Shown: positions 27,871-37,964 of the stretch, piece by piece
Numbering within the stretch: the first letter of the stretch is position 1
How the letters are laid out: every line of letters begins with the position of its first letter
NCBI GenBank assembly: GCA_030427085.1
Contig: JAUHXH010000006.1
Coordinates: forward strand, 52,023-116,022
DNA from: Gammaproteobacteria bacterium
GTDB lineage: Bacteria; Pseudomonadota; Gammaproteobacteria; Pseudomonadales; Halieaceae
Length of the DNA stretch: 64,000 bases
Direction of reading: 5' to 3'
The notes under the pieces: model-generated
Seen by the model: only the letters and a program-made list of their open reading frames with translations
Database searches by the model: none
Told to the model about the DNA's origin: nothing
Translations under genes and position numbers: made by a program

Positions 27871-30522
27871 CTACAGGTACAGGGGATCGGCTTTTTCAGC
27901 CGGAACACCTAGATTGCGCATGGCTTCGGAGACCACCGAACGCTCGATCTCGCCGTCGTCCGCCAGCGCTTTCAGGGCGGCGATCACCACATACTCGCGG
28001 CTCACTTCAAAGTGCTTGCGCAGCTTGTCCCGTGTATCCGAGCGGCCAAAACCGTCGGTACCCAGCACCACATAGCGCGTGGGAATAAATTCGCGCAATT
28101 GATCGGCGTAGGACTTCATGTAGTCAGTAGCGATCACCACTGGACCCTGAGTCTCTGCCAACTGCGCAGTCACGTAGGCCTGCCTGGGCTCATCTTCCGG
28201 GTGCAGCAGATTCCAGCGCTCAACCGACTTACCTTCGCGTTGCAGTTCATTGACGCTGGTGACGCTCCAAATATCGGCGGCCACTTTGTAGTCACTTTCG
28301 AGGATGGCAGCCGCCGCCTCAACTTCCCGCAGGATGGTGCCAGAGCCCATCAACTGCACGCGCAGCTTGGCGTCGGAGGTGGTGCGTCGCAGGGGATACA
28401 TGCCCTTCACGATGCCCTCTTCCACCCCTTCCGGCATGGCGGGATGGGGGTAGTTCTCGTTCATCGTGGTGATGTAGTAGAACTTGTTCTCGCCCTCGGC
28501 GTACATGCGGCGCAGGCCGTCCTGAATGATCACCGCCAGCTCGTAGCCGTAGGCTGGGTCGTAACTCACACAGTTCGGCACGGTGCTGGCCAGCAGGTGG
28601 CTGTGTCCGTCCTGGTGTTGCAAGCCCTCACCATTCAGGGTGGTACGACCAGCGGTGGCGCCGATCAGGAAGCCCCGCGCCTGGCTGTCGCCTGCAGCCC
28701 AGGCCAGATCGCCAATGCGCTGGAAGCCAAACATGGAGTAGAAAATGTAGAACGGCACCATGGGGAAGCCGCTGGTGCTGTAGGAAGTGGCCGCGGCCAG
28801 CCAGGCGGAAAACGCGCCGGCCTCGTTGATACCCTCTTCCAGAATCTGGCCTTTGATGTCCTCTTTGTAGAACATGATCTGGCCGGCGTCGTGGGGCGTG
28901 TACTTCTGCCCGGCGGAGGAGTAAATGCCAAGCTGGCGGAACATGCCCTCCATGCCGAAAGTACGCGCCTCGTCCGGCACGATGGGCACCATTCGCTCAC
29001 CGATGGCCTTGTCCTTGACCAGGGTGGACAGAATCCGCACGAAGGCCATGGTGGTGGAAATTTCGCGCTTGCCGCTGTCCTTGAGCTGAGCCTGGAAAGC
29101 ATCCAGTGCCGGCGTTGTCATCGGCTCCATGGTGCTGATCCGCGAGGGAATAGGGCCACCCAATTCTGCGCGGCGCTTGTTCATGTAGCGCATTTCAGGG
29201 CTGTCGGGTGCCGGGCGGTAGTAGGGTACGTTCTCCAGCTCGCTGTCGCTGATGGGAATGCCGAAGCGATCGCGAAAGGCCTTCAGGCTGTCGATGTCGA
29301 GCTTCTTCAGCGAGTGGGTTTCGTTGTTCGCTTCGCCCGCCTCGCCGGTGCCGTAACCCTTCACGGTCATCGCCAGGATCACGGTCGGCTGACCTTTGTG
29401 CTCCACCGCACGCGAGTACGCCGCGTAAAGCTTGTAGGGGTCGTGACCGCCGCGGTTGAGGTACATGATGTCCTCGTCGGACAGATCCTTCACCAACTCC
29501 AGCAGCTCCGGGTACTTACCGAAGAAGTGCTCGCGGGTGTAGGCGCCACCGTTGTACTTGTAGTTCTGCAACTCGCCATCGCAGACTTCATTCATGCGCT
29601 TTTGCAGCAGGCCGGATTTGTCGCCTTCCAGCAGCGGATCCCATTTACGGCCCCAGATCACCTTGATCACATTCCAGCCGGCACCGCGGAAAACCCCTTC
29701 CAACTCCTGAATGATCTTACCGTTGCCGCGTACCGGGCCATCCAGTCGCTGCAGGTTACAGTTAATAACGAAAGTCAGGTTATCGAGCGCCTCACGACCC
29801 GCCAGGGAAATCGCACCCAAAGATTCCGGCTCATCACACTCGCCGTCGCCCATGAAACACCACACCTGACGATCGCCGTGATCCAGCAGCCCGCGGTTTT
29901 GCTGATACTGCATCACCCGCGCCTGATAGATGGCCTGAATCGGGCCAAGGCCCATGGACACGGTGGGGAACTGCCAGTAATCGGGCATCAGCCAGGGGTG
30001 GGGGTAGGATGACAAACCGTTGCCGTCGACTTCCCGGCGGAAATTGTCGAGTTGCGCTTCATCGAAGCGCCCTTCCAGGTAAGAGCGGGCGTACATGCCC
30101 GGCGCGCTGTGGCCCTGGTAGTAAACCAGATCACCGAGGCGGCCGTCGTTCCAGCCGCGGAAGAAGTAGTTGAAGCCCACATCGTAGAGAGTGGCGCTGG
30201 AGGAGAAACTGGAGATGTGCCCACCCAGGCCCTCATTGTTGTCATTGGCGCGCATCACCATGGCCAGCGCGTTCCAGCGCACCAGGGAGCGTATGCGGCG
30301 CTCCATAAACAAATCGCCCGGCATGGGCTTTTCGTCATGCGGGGCGATGGTGTTGCGGAAAGGGGTGGTAATGGCGGGCGGCAGGCGTGAGCCCTGCGCT
30401 GAAGCGTGCTCCGCCAGCTCTCGCAGGAGGTAACCGGCGCGTTCCTCGCCCTCCAGCCTGATTACGGAGTCGAGGGCGTCGAGCCACTCACGCGTTTCCT
30501 GAGGATCAATATCGTTCGTCAT
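27871..30522 (-). CDS. aceE: Pyruvate dehydrogenase E1 component
   Basis: The 883-aa protein starts MTNDIDPQETREWLDALDSVI, which is AceE-typical. It lies upstream of aceF. Confidence 0.95.
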   Translation of the reverse strand: MTNDIDPQETREWLDALDSVIRLEGEERAGYLLRELAEHASAQGSRLPPAITTPFRNTIAPHDEKPMPGDLFMERRIRSLVRWNALAMVMRANDNNEGLGGHISSFSSSATLYDVGFNYFFRGWNDGRLGDLVYYQGHSAPGMYARSYLEGRFDEAQLDNFRREVDGNGLSSYPHPWLMPDYWQFPTVSMGLGPIQAIYQARVMQYQQNRGLLDHGDRQVWCFMGDGECDEPESLGAISLAGREALDNLTFVINCNLQRLDGPVRGNGKIIQELEGVFRGAGWNVIKVIWGRKWDPLLEGDKSGLLQKRMNEVCDGELQNYKYNGGAYTREHFFGKYPELLELVKDLSDEDIMYLNRGGHDPYKLYAAYSRAVEHKGQPTVILAMTVKGYGTGEAGEANNETHSLKKLDIDSLKAFRDRFGIPISDSELENVPYYRPAPDSPEMRYMNKRRAELGGPIPSRISTMEPMTTPALDAFQAQLKDSGKREISTTMAFVRILSTLVKDKAIGERMVPIVPDEARTFGMEGMFRQLGIYSSAGQKYTPHDAGQIMFYKEDIKGQILEEGINEAGAFSAWLAAATSYSTSGFPMVPFYIFYSMFGFQRIGDLAWAAGDSQARGFLIGATAGRTTLNGEGLQHQDGHSHLLASTVPNCVSYDPAYGYELAVIIQDGLRRMYAEGENKFYYITTMNENYPHPAMPEGVEEGIVKGMYPLRRTTSDAKLRVQLMGSGTILREVEAAAAILESDYKVAADIWSVTSVNELQREGKSVERWNLLHPEDEPRQAYVTAQLAETQGPVVIATDYMKSYADQLREFIPTRYVVLGTDGFGRSDTRDKLRKHFEVSREYVVIAALKALADDGEIERSVVSEAMRNLGVPAEKADPLYL

Positions 30523-30708
30523 AACAGACCAGGTTCCTGAAACAAGCAATGGCGCAGCCGCATGCCGCCCTTCGGGCCGGTTGCTGGCTGCGCCTTGAAG
30601 TATAGGTGTAAGCCCCTCTGTGCGGGGACTGGCGGTGCACCCTGTATCAAACGGGTAAAATTTTTACAAAAAATCACCCGAATTACAAGGTTCCCAAAAG
30701 AAACTCGC

Positions 30709-30738
30709 CAAAAAAGACCCCGATCACGGGATCTTTTC
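30709..30738 (-). terminator. Rho-independent terminator after the M16 peptidase gene
   Basis: The hairpin GACCCCG-ATCA-CGGGATC has one mismatch. On the minus strand it is followed by TTTTTTGG. Confidence 0.6.
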
Positions 30739-30755
30739 TGTAAAAATACTACAAA

Positions 30756-33647
30756 CTAGTCTATCGCGTAGCTCGGCAGCGCCGCTTTCAACACGGTCGC
30801 ATCAGTGAATTTGCGACCGGCCGGGGGCAGTTTGCTATCCCATTGCCCCGGGGCGACCACCTGCAGGGAGTGAGGTTGATCCAGGAATACGCGCTGGAAG
30901 TAGGTCCGCCAGCCGTCCAGATCGAAGGCGCGCACGGCGGCGGCCAGTTGCTGGCGCCCGTCGAAGGCGTATTCCTTGCGGGCGATGGATTGCCAGTAGT
31001 ACTCAGCCCGCTCCCAGAGATTCTTGTCTGGCTCCAGAATATCTCCCAGCAGGGCGGCCTGGTGGCGGGCAAAGAGCTCGGCATCAACCGACGCCGGAAC
31101 GGCCTCCTTGAAGTCGACCATGGACTGCCACAGGCCGTCGGCACTGTGCCCCGGTGATTGCACCAGCCACATCATGCCGGGCACTTCCAGCAGGGGGTAG
31201 GCAAAAGCACTGACCACATAGCCCAGTTGCTGTTCAGTGCGTAACTGCTCGAAGAACGAGGTTTTAACAATTTGCGCTGTGAGGGCAATGGCTGCGCGGT
31301 TGTGCCAGTCGTCCGCCTCGCCCTGCTGATACCAGGCTTCCACCGCGTCATCGTGAGGAACATTGGCGCGCAGCAAAAGATCATCCCCCGCGCTCAATTT
31401 GGTAACACGCAGCGGCGGCCGCGCTGGCGCCAGGCCATCGGGCAGGTGGGATTCAAGCAATTTGGCCACGGCTTTGGCCCGCTCGGGGTGATAGTTGCCG
31501 TAGACCAATACCTCGGCGGAGGCGTCGCGCCAGAACGCTTCGGCATATGTCTCCACACCCGCCAGATCCAGGCCTTGCAACTGCTCAATAAGCGCCTGAT
31601 CAGACCACTCGCCATGCAACATGGCTTCGCGGAAGCGGCGCATCACCTGACTCGAGGGGCGTGCGGCTTTTATATTTTCCAAAGAGCGCACGATGTCGTC
31701 GCGAATATTGGTGAAGCGCTGGGACGCAAACGAGCCCTCCTCGATGGCCGCCAGAATGCGCTCCAGCAATTTGAGCTGCTTGTCGGTGTAACCGCTCACC
31801 CGCAGGCTCACCCCCTGCCCATGCTTGTAGAGGTCGAAATCCAGGCCCGCCAGCGCGGCCGGGTAGGCAAACTCGTTCACTGAATCTTTGAGCAGCGCTA
31901 CATACACCATGGCCGCTGCACTTTGATCCACGGACTGGCCCACCTGAGGTGAACGGAAATTGATGTAGGTAGCACCTCGGGGAATACGGAACTCTGCGTC
32001 CTGCTGGAACCACACGGCAACGCGGTCCGAGCTGAGCAAGCGCGCAGGTAAGGCGGGGTTGTCAGCCGACACTGGCAGCAGCTCAACATTTTCCGCAATG
32101 AACTCATTGGGAGCCGGCATCGCCAGCGCCACGTCACCCGGTGCACTGAGCCACTGTGCCACGCGTGAGTCATCAACAGGCGCCAGGGCGTAGGGCACTT
32201 CGTAATGCTCAGAGCGTCGATCAGTGGTAACGCCCTCGGCAACGACTTGCACCACAGCGTTGTCCGGGCGCACCCGGTCGATCACTTCGCGCAACTGGGC
32301 GGCACGATAGTCATCCATGATAAACGGCCCGCGCAGCGTATCGATTGGATCGTAGTAGTGCATACCTTGGGCAAGGTTACTGACATAACCCATAGGCTCG
32401 CCTTTTTCGGCGAAGCGGAACGCCAGCGCTGCCTGCTGGGACTGCTCCTGATAGAGCCAGCGTTGCGGACCCTCGTCGCGCAGCATGTCAACATAGGCAA
32501 ACAGCAACTGGATCACCCGATCGTAATTGCCCAGTCCTTGCTCCGTGAGGCTCATCCGCACATTGAATAAGCTCCCCCCTTGCCAGCCCAAACCGGAGCT
32601 GGCAACCAACCCCTCGGCCAGACCTTCGGCTTTTAGCTGAGATAACAGACTCCCCTCCCCTTCATGGCCCAGCAGATTCGACAGGTAGGCCACTGGTTTG
32701 GCGTGGTACAGCGGCCGGTAGTCGGGCATGGGGAACAGCAGGTCAAGGGTACGCTGGGTGGCCTGCGGGGTAATGCGCACTTCCACCGGCAACTGGTCGG
32801 GATCAAAGATAGGCGCATCGATAGTCGCGTGAGACTTGTGTCGATTGGGCACTGGCGCAAACATCGGTCGCACCATTGCTTCCAGTTCATCCAATGGCTG
32901 GGCGCCAAGCACCGCCAGCCGCATTAAATTGGCGGAGTAGTGTTTGGCGTAGAAATCCAGCAACTCGTCTCGAATGGGCGAGCCCGGCCGGTCCGCCAGA
33001 CTGTCCAGACTACCCACGGCAAATTGACTGAAAGGGTGTGCCGGGTTCATTACTTCCTGCAGCACATCCAACCCCCGGCGGGAGTCGCTCTTCAAGCCCA
33101 TTTGATATTCCGCCTGGACCGCATTTTTCTCGCGATCCACATATTGGGCGTCGAAACGAGGGGAGATGAAGAACTGTGCGAAGCGATCCAGGCCCTGCTC
33201 CAGGTGAGGCGCCTCGATGTCGAAGAAGTAGTTGGTGTGCTCGAAACTGGTGTACGCGTTGTGGCCTCCGCCATGCTCGGCAATGAAGGCGCCATATTCA
33301 CCTGGCTCAGGGTACTTGTCGGTTCCAAGGAACAGCATGTGCTCGAGAAAGTGCGCCAGGCCACCGCGTCCCGGGGGGTTGTCACCGCTGCCCACATAAA
33401 CATCCAGTGCGGCAGCGGCCTTCTTCGTATCCGGGTCAGAGATCAGTAATACCTGCAGGTCGTTGTCCAGCGTCACGAGCCGGTAGGCACGGTCATCATT
33501 CGGGCTTTGCACCGGCGCGACAACGCCGCCGGTCGCCGCACTCTTTGTGCCTCCCTCGGGAGCCGAACCACAGGCGGTGACCAACAAGGTCGCGCACAGG
33601 GCGAGCAGCCAGGGAAGGTTGAGCAGGCGAAGCGAAGATCTAATCAT
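30756..33647 (-). CDS. M16 (insulinase/pitrilysin-like) zinc peptidase, probable lipoprotein
   Basis: HFLEHMLF is the inverted zinc motif HxxEH. The signal peptide and lipobox read LLALCATLLVTAC|GS. The start was taken at ATG 33647. Confidence 0.9.
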   Translation of the reverse strand: MIRSSLRLLNLPWLLALCATLLVTACGSAPEGGTKSAATGGVVAPVQSPNDDRAYRLVTLDNDLQVLLISDPDTKKAAAALDVYVGSGDNPPGRGGLAHFLEHMLFLGTDKYPEPGEYGAFIAEHGGGHNAYTSFEHTNYFFDIEAPHLEQGLDRFAQFFISPRFDAQYVDREKNAVQAEYQMGLKSDSRRGLDVLQEVMNPAHPFSQFAVGSLDSLADRPGSPIRDELLDFYAKHYSANLMRLAVLGAQPLDELEAMVRPMFAPVPNRHKSHATIDAPIFDPDQLPVEVRITPQATQRTLDLLFPMPDYRPLYHAKPVAYLSNLLGHEGEGSLLSQLKAEGLAEGLVASSGLGWQGGSLFNVRMSLTEQGLGNYDRVIQLLFAYVDMLRDEGPQRWLYQEQSQQAALAFRFAEKGEPMGYVSNLAQGMHYYDPIDTLRGPFIMDDYRAAQLREVIDRVRPDNAVVQVVAEGVTTDRRSEHYEVPYALAPVDDSRVAQWLSAPGDVALAMPAPNEFIAENVELLPVSADNPALPARLLSSDRVAVWFQQDAEFRIPRGATYINFRSPQVGQSVDQSAAAMVYVALLKDSVNEFAYPAALAGLDFDLYKHGQGVSLRVSGYTDKQLKLLERILAAIEEGSFASQRFTNIRDDIVRSLENIKAARPSSQVMRRFREAMLHGEWSDQALIEQLQGLDLAGVETYAEAFWRDASAEVLVYGNYHPERAKAVAKLLESHLPDGLAPARPPLRVTKLSAGDDLLLRANVPHDDAVEAWYQQGEADDWHNRAAIALTAQIVKTSFFEQLRTEQQLGYVVSAFAYPLLEVPGMMWLVQSPGHSADGLWQSMVDFKEAVPASVDAELFARHQAALLGDILEPDKNLWERAEYYWQSIARKEYAFDGRQQLAAAVRAFDLDGWRTYFQRVFLDQPHSLQVVAPGQWDSKLPPAGRKFTDATVLKAALPSYAID

Positions 33648-33651
33648 TGTT

Positions 33652-34746
33652 TTACTCCACTGTGTCGGCCCGGGTAGCCGCATCAGGTTGATCGAGACTT
33701 TTAGGTTCTGGCCAGGCGTAAATGATGGCCTTGATCAGCGTGGCCAGCGGGATGGCGAAAAACACGCCCCACAGTCCCCAGATACCGCCGAAAAACAGTA
33801 CCGCCACGATGATCGCTACCGGATGGAGATTGACGGCCTCAGAAAACAGCAAAGGCACCAGCACATTGCCATCCAGCGCCTGGATAATCAGGTAGACCGC
33901 GAGCAGCGTATAGAATTCACCGCCCACACCCCACTGGAAGAAGCCCACCGCCAGTACCGGCACCGTCACCAGCAGTGCACCGATGTACGGCACGATAACC
34001 GACAGGCCAACGAGCAGGGCCAAAAGGGCCGCGTAGCTCAGGCCGAGAATTTTGAAGGCGATATAGCTCACCGCCCCCACCACCAGGATTTCGACCGCTT
34101 TGCCGCGCACATAATTGGCGATCTGCATGTTCATCTCACCCCAGATGCGCTTCAGCAGCGGCCGCTCGTTGGGCAGGAATGACGCGATCCAGCTGAGAAT
34201 TTCGTCCCGGTCCTTGAGGAAGAAAAACACCAGCAGTGGCACCAGAATCAGGTAGATACCAAAGCCAAGGATGTTGGGAATGGTCGACAGAGACAGTTTG
34301 ACCAATTCTTGCCCGGCATCGCCCATGCGGCCCTGGGCCATATGGTAGAAGTCCTGAATCTGAGCGGGACTGAGCACCGCCGGATAGCGCTCAGGCAAAA
34401 CGTTCAGCAGGTTCCGAACGGCCTCCAGCATGCGCGGCATTTCACCAACCAACGACACCATCTGCCGCCACACCAGTGGCATCAGGATGAAGATGGCGCC
34501 GAGGAACACAGTGATAAACACCGTAAAGGCCACGCTTACACCCAGCCAGTGGGGCAGCCCGTGACGCTCAAGCGACGCCGCCACCCCCTGCATCAGGAAG
34601 GCGAGAATAATGGCGGCAATGAGCGGCGCGAGGATGTCGCCGATCGTCATCAACAGCAACAGCGCAACCGCGATCATCACCAGCAGAAGGATGGACTCCT
34701 CCTCGAACAGGTAGCGCCGGCTCCATTTACGGAAAATATTGAGCAT
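33652..34746 (-). CDS. AI-2E family transporter (PerM/UPF0118)
   Basis: A 364-aa polytopic membrane protein with the typical AI-2E pattern (..NYVRGK..LVPYIGA..). Confidence 0.85.
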   Translation of the reverse strand: MLNIFRKWSRRYLFEEESILLLVMIAVALLLLMTIGDILAPLIAAIILAFLMQGVAASLERHGLPHWLGVSVAFTVFITVFLGAIFILMPLVWRQMVSLVGEMPRMLEAVRNLLNVLPERYPAVLSPAQIQDFYHMAQGRMGDAGQELVKLSLSTIPNILGFGIYLILVPLLVFFFLKDRDEILSWIASFLPNERPLLKRIWGEMNMQIANYVRGKAVEILVVGAVSYIAFKILGLSYAALLALLVGLSVIVPYIGALLVTVPVLAVGFFQWGVGGEFYTLLAVYLIIQALDGNVLVPLLFSEAVNLHPVAIIVAVLFFGGIWGLWGVFFAIPLATLIKAIIYAWPEPKSLDQPDAATRADTVE

Positions 34747-34748
34747 GC

Positions 34749-35027
34749 TCAGCGCGGCTCCTTTTGCAACAGGTGGACAAAGGTACCTTCAATTTCACCG
34801 GAATACAGCAGGGCGTGACCGGATTGCTGAGAGAACACGCGAAAATCCCGCACCGAGCCCTGGTCAGTCGCCACCACAAGCAGTCGCCCACCGACGTCCA
34901 GCCCATTCAGTGCGCGCTTGGCTTTCAATAATGGCATGGGGCACAGCATTCCGCGCGCATCCACTTCGGTTGCGAGCTGGTCGTGCCACTGTTGGGGTAG
35001 GTATTCTTCTGACAAGCTCTGGTGCAT
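34749..35027 (-). CDS. TusA-family sulfurtransferase-like protein
   Basis: DARGMLCPMPLLKAKRAL contains the CPxP active-site motif. The start was taken at ATG 35027, giving 92 aa. Confidence 0.75.
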   Translation of the reverse strand: MHQSLSEEYLPQQWHDQLATEVDARGMLCPMPLLKAKRALNGLDVGGRLLVVATDQGSVRDFRVFSQQSGHALLYSGEIEGTFVHLLQKEPR

Positions 35028-35105
35028 CGCGACATCATACAGAACTTCATCCGGGCTTAGCACTCTAAGCCCATGGCGCGCGACAGGCGCTCGCCATGCA
35101 GTACA

Positions 35106-36611
35106 ATGACCACTCATTTCAGGGCACTCGATATTTCTGTGACCGCAATTGCGAACAATGTTCTTCGCTGGCCGCTGGCCGCTCTGCTACTGACAAGCCT
35201 GCTGTGGCTACCGTCGCTAAAAGCAGCGGCTCAGGGGCACAACCTGCCCACCATGGGGGAAGGCGGCTCCAGCCTGTTTTCGACCGAATTCGAGCACCAA
35301 CTCGGGCGAGCCTGGCTACGCGCCTTTCGCAGCCAGGTGCCCACCGTGGACGACCCGCTGCTTTTTGACTACCTCGAACACCTTATTTACCAGCTGGCGG
35401 AACATAGCCAACTGGAAGATCGGCGACTGGAACTGGTGGTAGTGGACAACCCGACCATCAATGCCTTTGCCGTGCCTGGCGGTGTGATCGGCGTGCACAA
35501 CGGCCTGCTCAATTACGCGCAATCGGAAGATGAACTGGCCACCGTCCTTGCACACGAACTGGCGCACCTGAGTCAGCGGCACTTTTCACGCGGTGTGGAG
35601 ATGCAAAAGCGCAACTCCCCACTAACCATGGCCGGCATGCTCGCCGGCCTCGTGCTGATGGCCACCACGGGCAGCGACCTCGGCATGGCCGCATTGTCCG
35701 CCAGCCAGGCAGCCGCCATCGACGCACAGCTGCGCTACAGCCGCGCCAATGAATCGGAAGCGGATCGTATCGGCATGCAGACCATGGTGGCTGCGGGCAT
35801 GGACCCTCACGCGGCCTCCGCCATGTTCGAGCGGATGCTGCAAGCCACGCGCTACTCTTCCGCCAACCGTATTCCCGAATTTCTGCGTAGCCACCCCCTG
35901 TCTGAGAGCCGCATTGCGGACACCAAACATCGCGCCCTGCAATACCCACGCAGGATCAAAACCAGTGATCTGCAGTTTCAGCTGATGAGGAGCCGAGTCC
36001 AGGTGGCATTAGCCCAAACACCGGAAGCCGCGATCGAGCAATTCACTGGTGCGCTGGATGGCTCTCCGGCTTCTCAAGAAGCCGCTCGTTATGGCCTGGT
36101 ACTGGCCCTGACCGAGGCCAATCGCGCGGCGGACGCCCGCAAGGAACTGGACAAACTGCTGGCAAAATCGCCGGATCGTCTGGAGTACATTCTCGCTGAG
36201 GCAAAGCTGGACACCACTACCCATGAAACCGCGCGCGCTATCGCCAACCTGGAGAGCCGCTTGCGCCTCAGCCCCGGCAATCACCCGCTGACCATGGCCT
36301 ACGCTGAAGCCCTGATGACAGCGGGAAAGCCGCACATTGCGGAAGAAGTTTTACTGGAGCAGAGCAAACGCAAACCGAATGACCCGGCGCTGTGGTATAT
36401 ATTGGCGGAAGTGCAGGGGCTGTCCGGCAACATCATCGGGTTGCATCAGTCGCGAGCGGAGTTTTTCATCCTGGATGGCAATCTGAACCAGGCCACCAAG
36501 CAGCTCGATTACGCGCTGAAACTAACCGGCGACGATTTCACCACCTCGGCACGCATCAGGCACCGGCAGGCAGCGATTCAGGAGATGCGAGAGCGGATGG
36601 AGCGCCTGTAG
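35106..36611 (+). CDS. M48 family metallopeptidase with a TPR C-terminus (BepA/YfgC-like)
   Basis: It has HELAHLSQRH (HExxH), a second glutamate region NESEADRIG and a C-terminal TPR-like helical repeat. Confidence 0.85.
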   Translation: MTTHFRALDISVTAIANNVLRWPLAALLLTSLLWLPSLKAAAQGHNLPTMGEGGSSLFSTEFEHQLGRAWLRAFRSQVPTVDDPLLFDYLEHLIYQLAEHSQLEDRRLELVVVDNPTINAFAVPGGVIGVHNGLLNYAQSEDELATVLAHELAHLSQRHFSRGVEMQKRNSPLTMAGMLAGLVLMATTGSDLGMAALSASQAAAIDAQLRYSRANESEADRIGMQTMVAAGMDPHAASAMFERMLQATRYSSANRIPEFLRSHPLSESRIADTKHRALQYPRRIKTSDLQFQLMRSRVQVALAQTPEAAIEQFTGALDGSPASQEAARYGLVLALTEANRAADARKELDKLLAKSPDRLEYILAEAKLDTTTHETARAIANLESRLRLSPGNHPLTMAYAEALMTAGKPHIAEEVLLEQSKRKPNDPALWYILAEVQGLSGNIIGLHQSRAEFFILDGNLNQATKQLDYALKLTGDDFTTSARIRHRQAAIQEMRERMERL

Positions 36612-36623
36612 CCCAAATAGGAC

Positions 36624-37697
36624 TCAGGCGTTTCCCTTCACCTGCAGCCGCAGGTCTGCGGCAAAATCCAGCATCCGCCGCAGCGGTACCATGGCGCGCT
36701 CGGCCGTGGCGGGATCAACGAAGATTTCGTTGTCGCCGGCATCGAAGGTCAATGCCAGCCGCTCCAGGTCATTCATCGCCATCCACGGACAGTTGGCGCA
36801 GCTGCGGCAGGTGGCGCCGTTGCCGGCGGTGGGCGCGATGATGAATTCCTTATCCGGCGCGGACTGCTGCAGCTTGTAAAAGATGCCCTGGTCCGTTGCC
36901 ACAATAAAACGCTTGTTGGGCATCTCCGTGGCGGCGCGGATGATTTGCGTGGTAGACCCCACGGCGTCGGCAAGCTCAAGCACCGACCGCGGTGACTCGG
37001 GATGCACCAACACCGCGGCATCCGGGTAAACCTTTTTCATGTCGGCCACACCGCGGGCCTTGAACTCTTCGTGCACGATACAGGCGCCATCCCACATCAG
37101 GATGTCGGCGCCAGTTTCTCGCTGCACGTAGTCGCCCAGGTGACGATCGGGCGCCCAGATGATTTTCTTGTCCTGATCGGCCAGGTGCTCGGCAACTTCC
37201 AGCGCGATACTGGAGGTCACCACCCAATCGGCACGAGCCTTCACCGCGGCGGAGGTGTTGGCGTAGACCACCACCTCACGATCGGGGTGCTGGTCGCAGA
37301 AGGCGGCGAACTCATCGGCGGGGCAGCCGATATCCAGGGAGCAGGTAGCTTCCAGAGTGGGCATTAGTACCCGCTTGTCCGGTGTCAGGATTTTGGCGGT
37401 TTCGCCCATGAACTTGACCCCGGCCACGATCAGGGTCTGTGCCGGGTGGTCGTGGCCAAAGCGGGCCATCTCCAGGGAGTCCGACACGCAGCCGCCAGTT
37501 TCTTCCGCCAGGGCCTGCACGACGGGGCTGGTGTAGTAGTGGGCGACAATCACGGCATTTTCAGCCACCAGGCGCTGCTTGATCTGCTCGATCAATTCCG
37601 CCTCGCGGGCGGGGCTCAATTGGGCGGCTTCAGCCTGGTCCAGGTGCGCCTGCACCTGTTCACGGATCAGTTCCAGTTTCTGTTCGGCGATGCTCAT
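36624..37697 (-). CDS. nadA: Quinolinate synthase A
   Basis: A 357-aa protein with typical NadA sequence blocks (VVAHYYT..., [16 protein letters not shown]). Confidence 0.9.
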   Translation of the reverse strand: MSIAEQKLELIREQVQAHLDQAEAAQLSPAREAELIEQIKQRLVAENAVIVAHYYTSPVVQALAEETGGCVSDSLEMARFGHDHPAQTLIVAGVKFMGETAKILTPDKRVLMPTLEATCSLDIGCPADEFAAFCDQHPDREVVVYANTSAAVKARADWVVTSSIALEVAEHLADQDKKIIWAPDRHLGDYVQRETGADILMWDGACIVHEEFKARGVADMKKVYPDAAVLVHPESPRSVLELADAVGSTTQIIRAATEMPNKRFIVATDQGIFYKLQQSAPDKEFIIAPTAGNGATCRSCANCPWMAMNDLERLALTFDAGDNEIFVDPATAERAMVPLRRMLDFAADLRLQVKGNA

Positions 37698-37964
37698 GGG
37701 ACTACGCGAGCTAACTCAAGAAGGGCCGCCCAGTTTACCACACAAAAGTGTGACGAGCGCCACGTCACACTTTCCGAGGCTGGCCGGTTTTGATGTCGAA
37801 TTAAGGGCTTCCACACCCGTTGGTTTGCCAGTATATTAGTTCGACAATAATTGCTGCTTATATTTTAAGCAGAACAAGCGTGTTCCCAGAACTACCAACC
37901 GGACTCAGGGGAGGGTCACGGTGGCAAAGTGCCCGGCAACAGGGCATGTGATTCTGGGCAACCA

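Noticed and set aside
28012-30012. A 666-aa plus-strand ORF opposite aceE. Similar long antisense ORFs lie at 9242-9970, 17574-18521, 22171-23097, 25170-26141, 26184-27038, 58781-59662, 59735-60409 and 61397-62272.
   Set aside because: These are typical high-GC shadow ORFs. They are rich in Arg, Ala, Gly and His, lack motifs, and fully overlap well-supported genes on the other strand.
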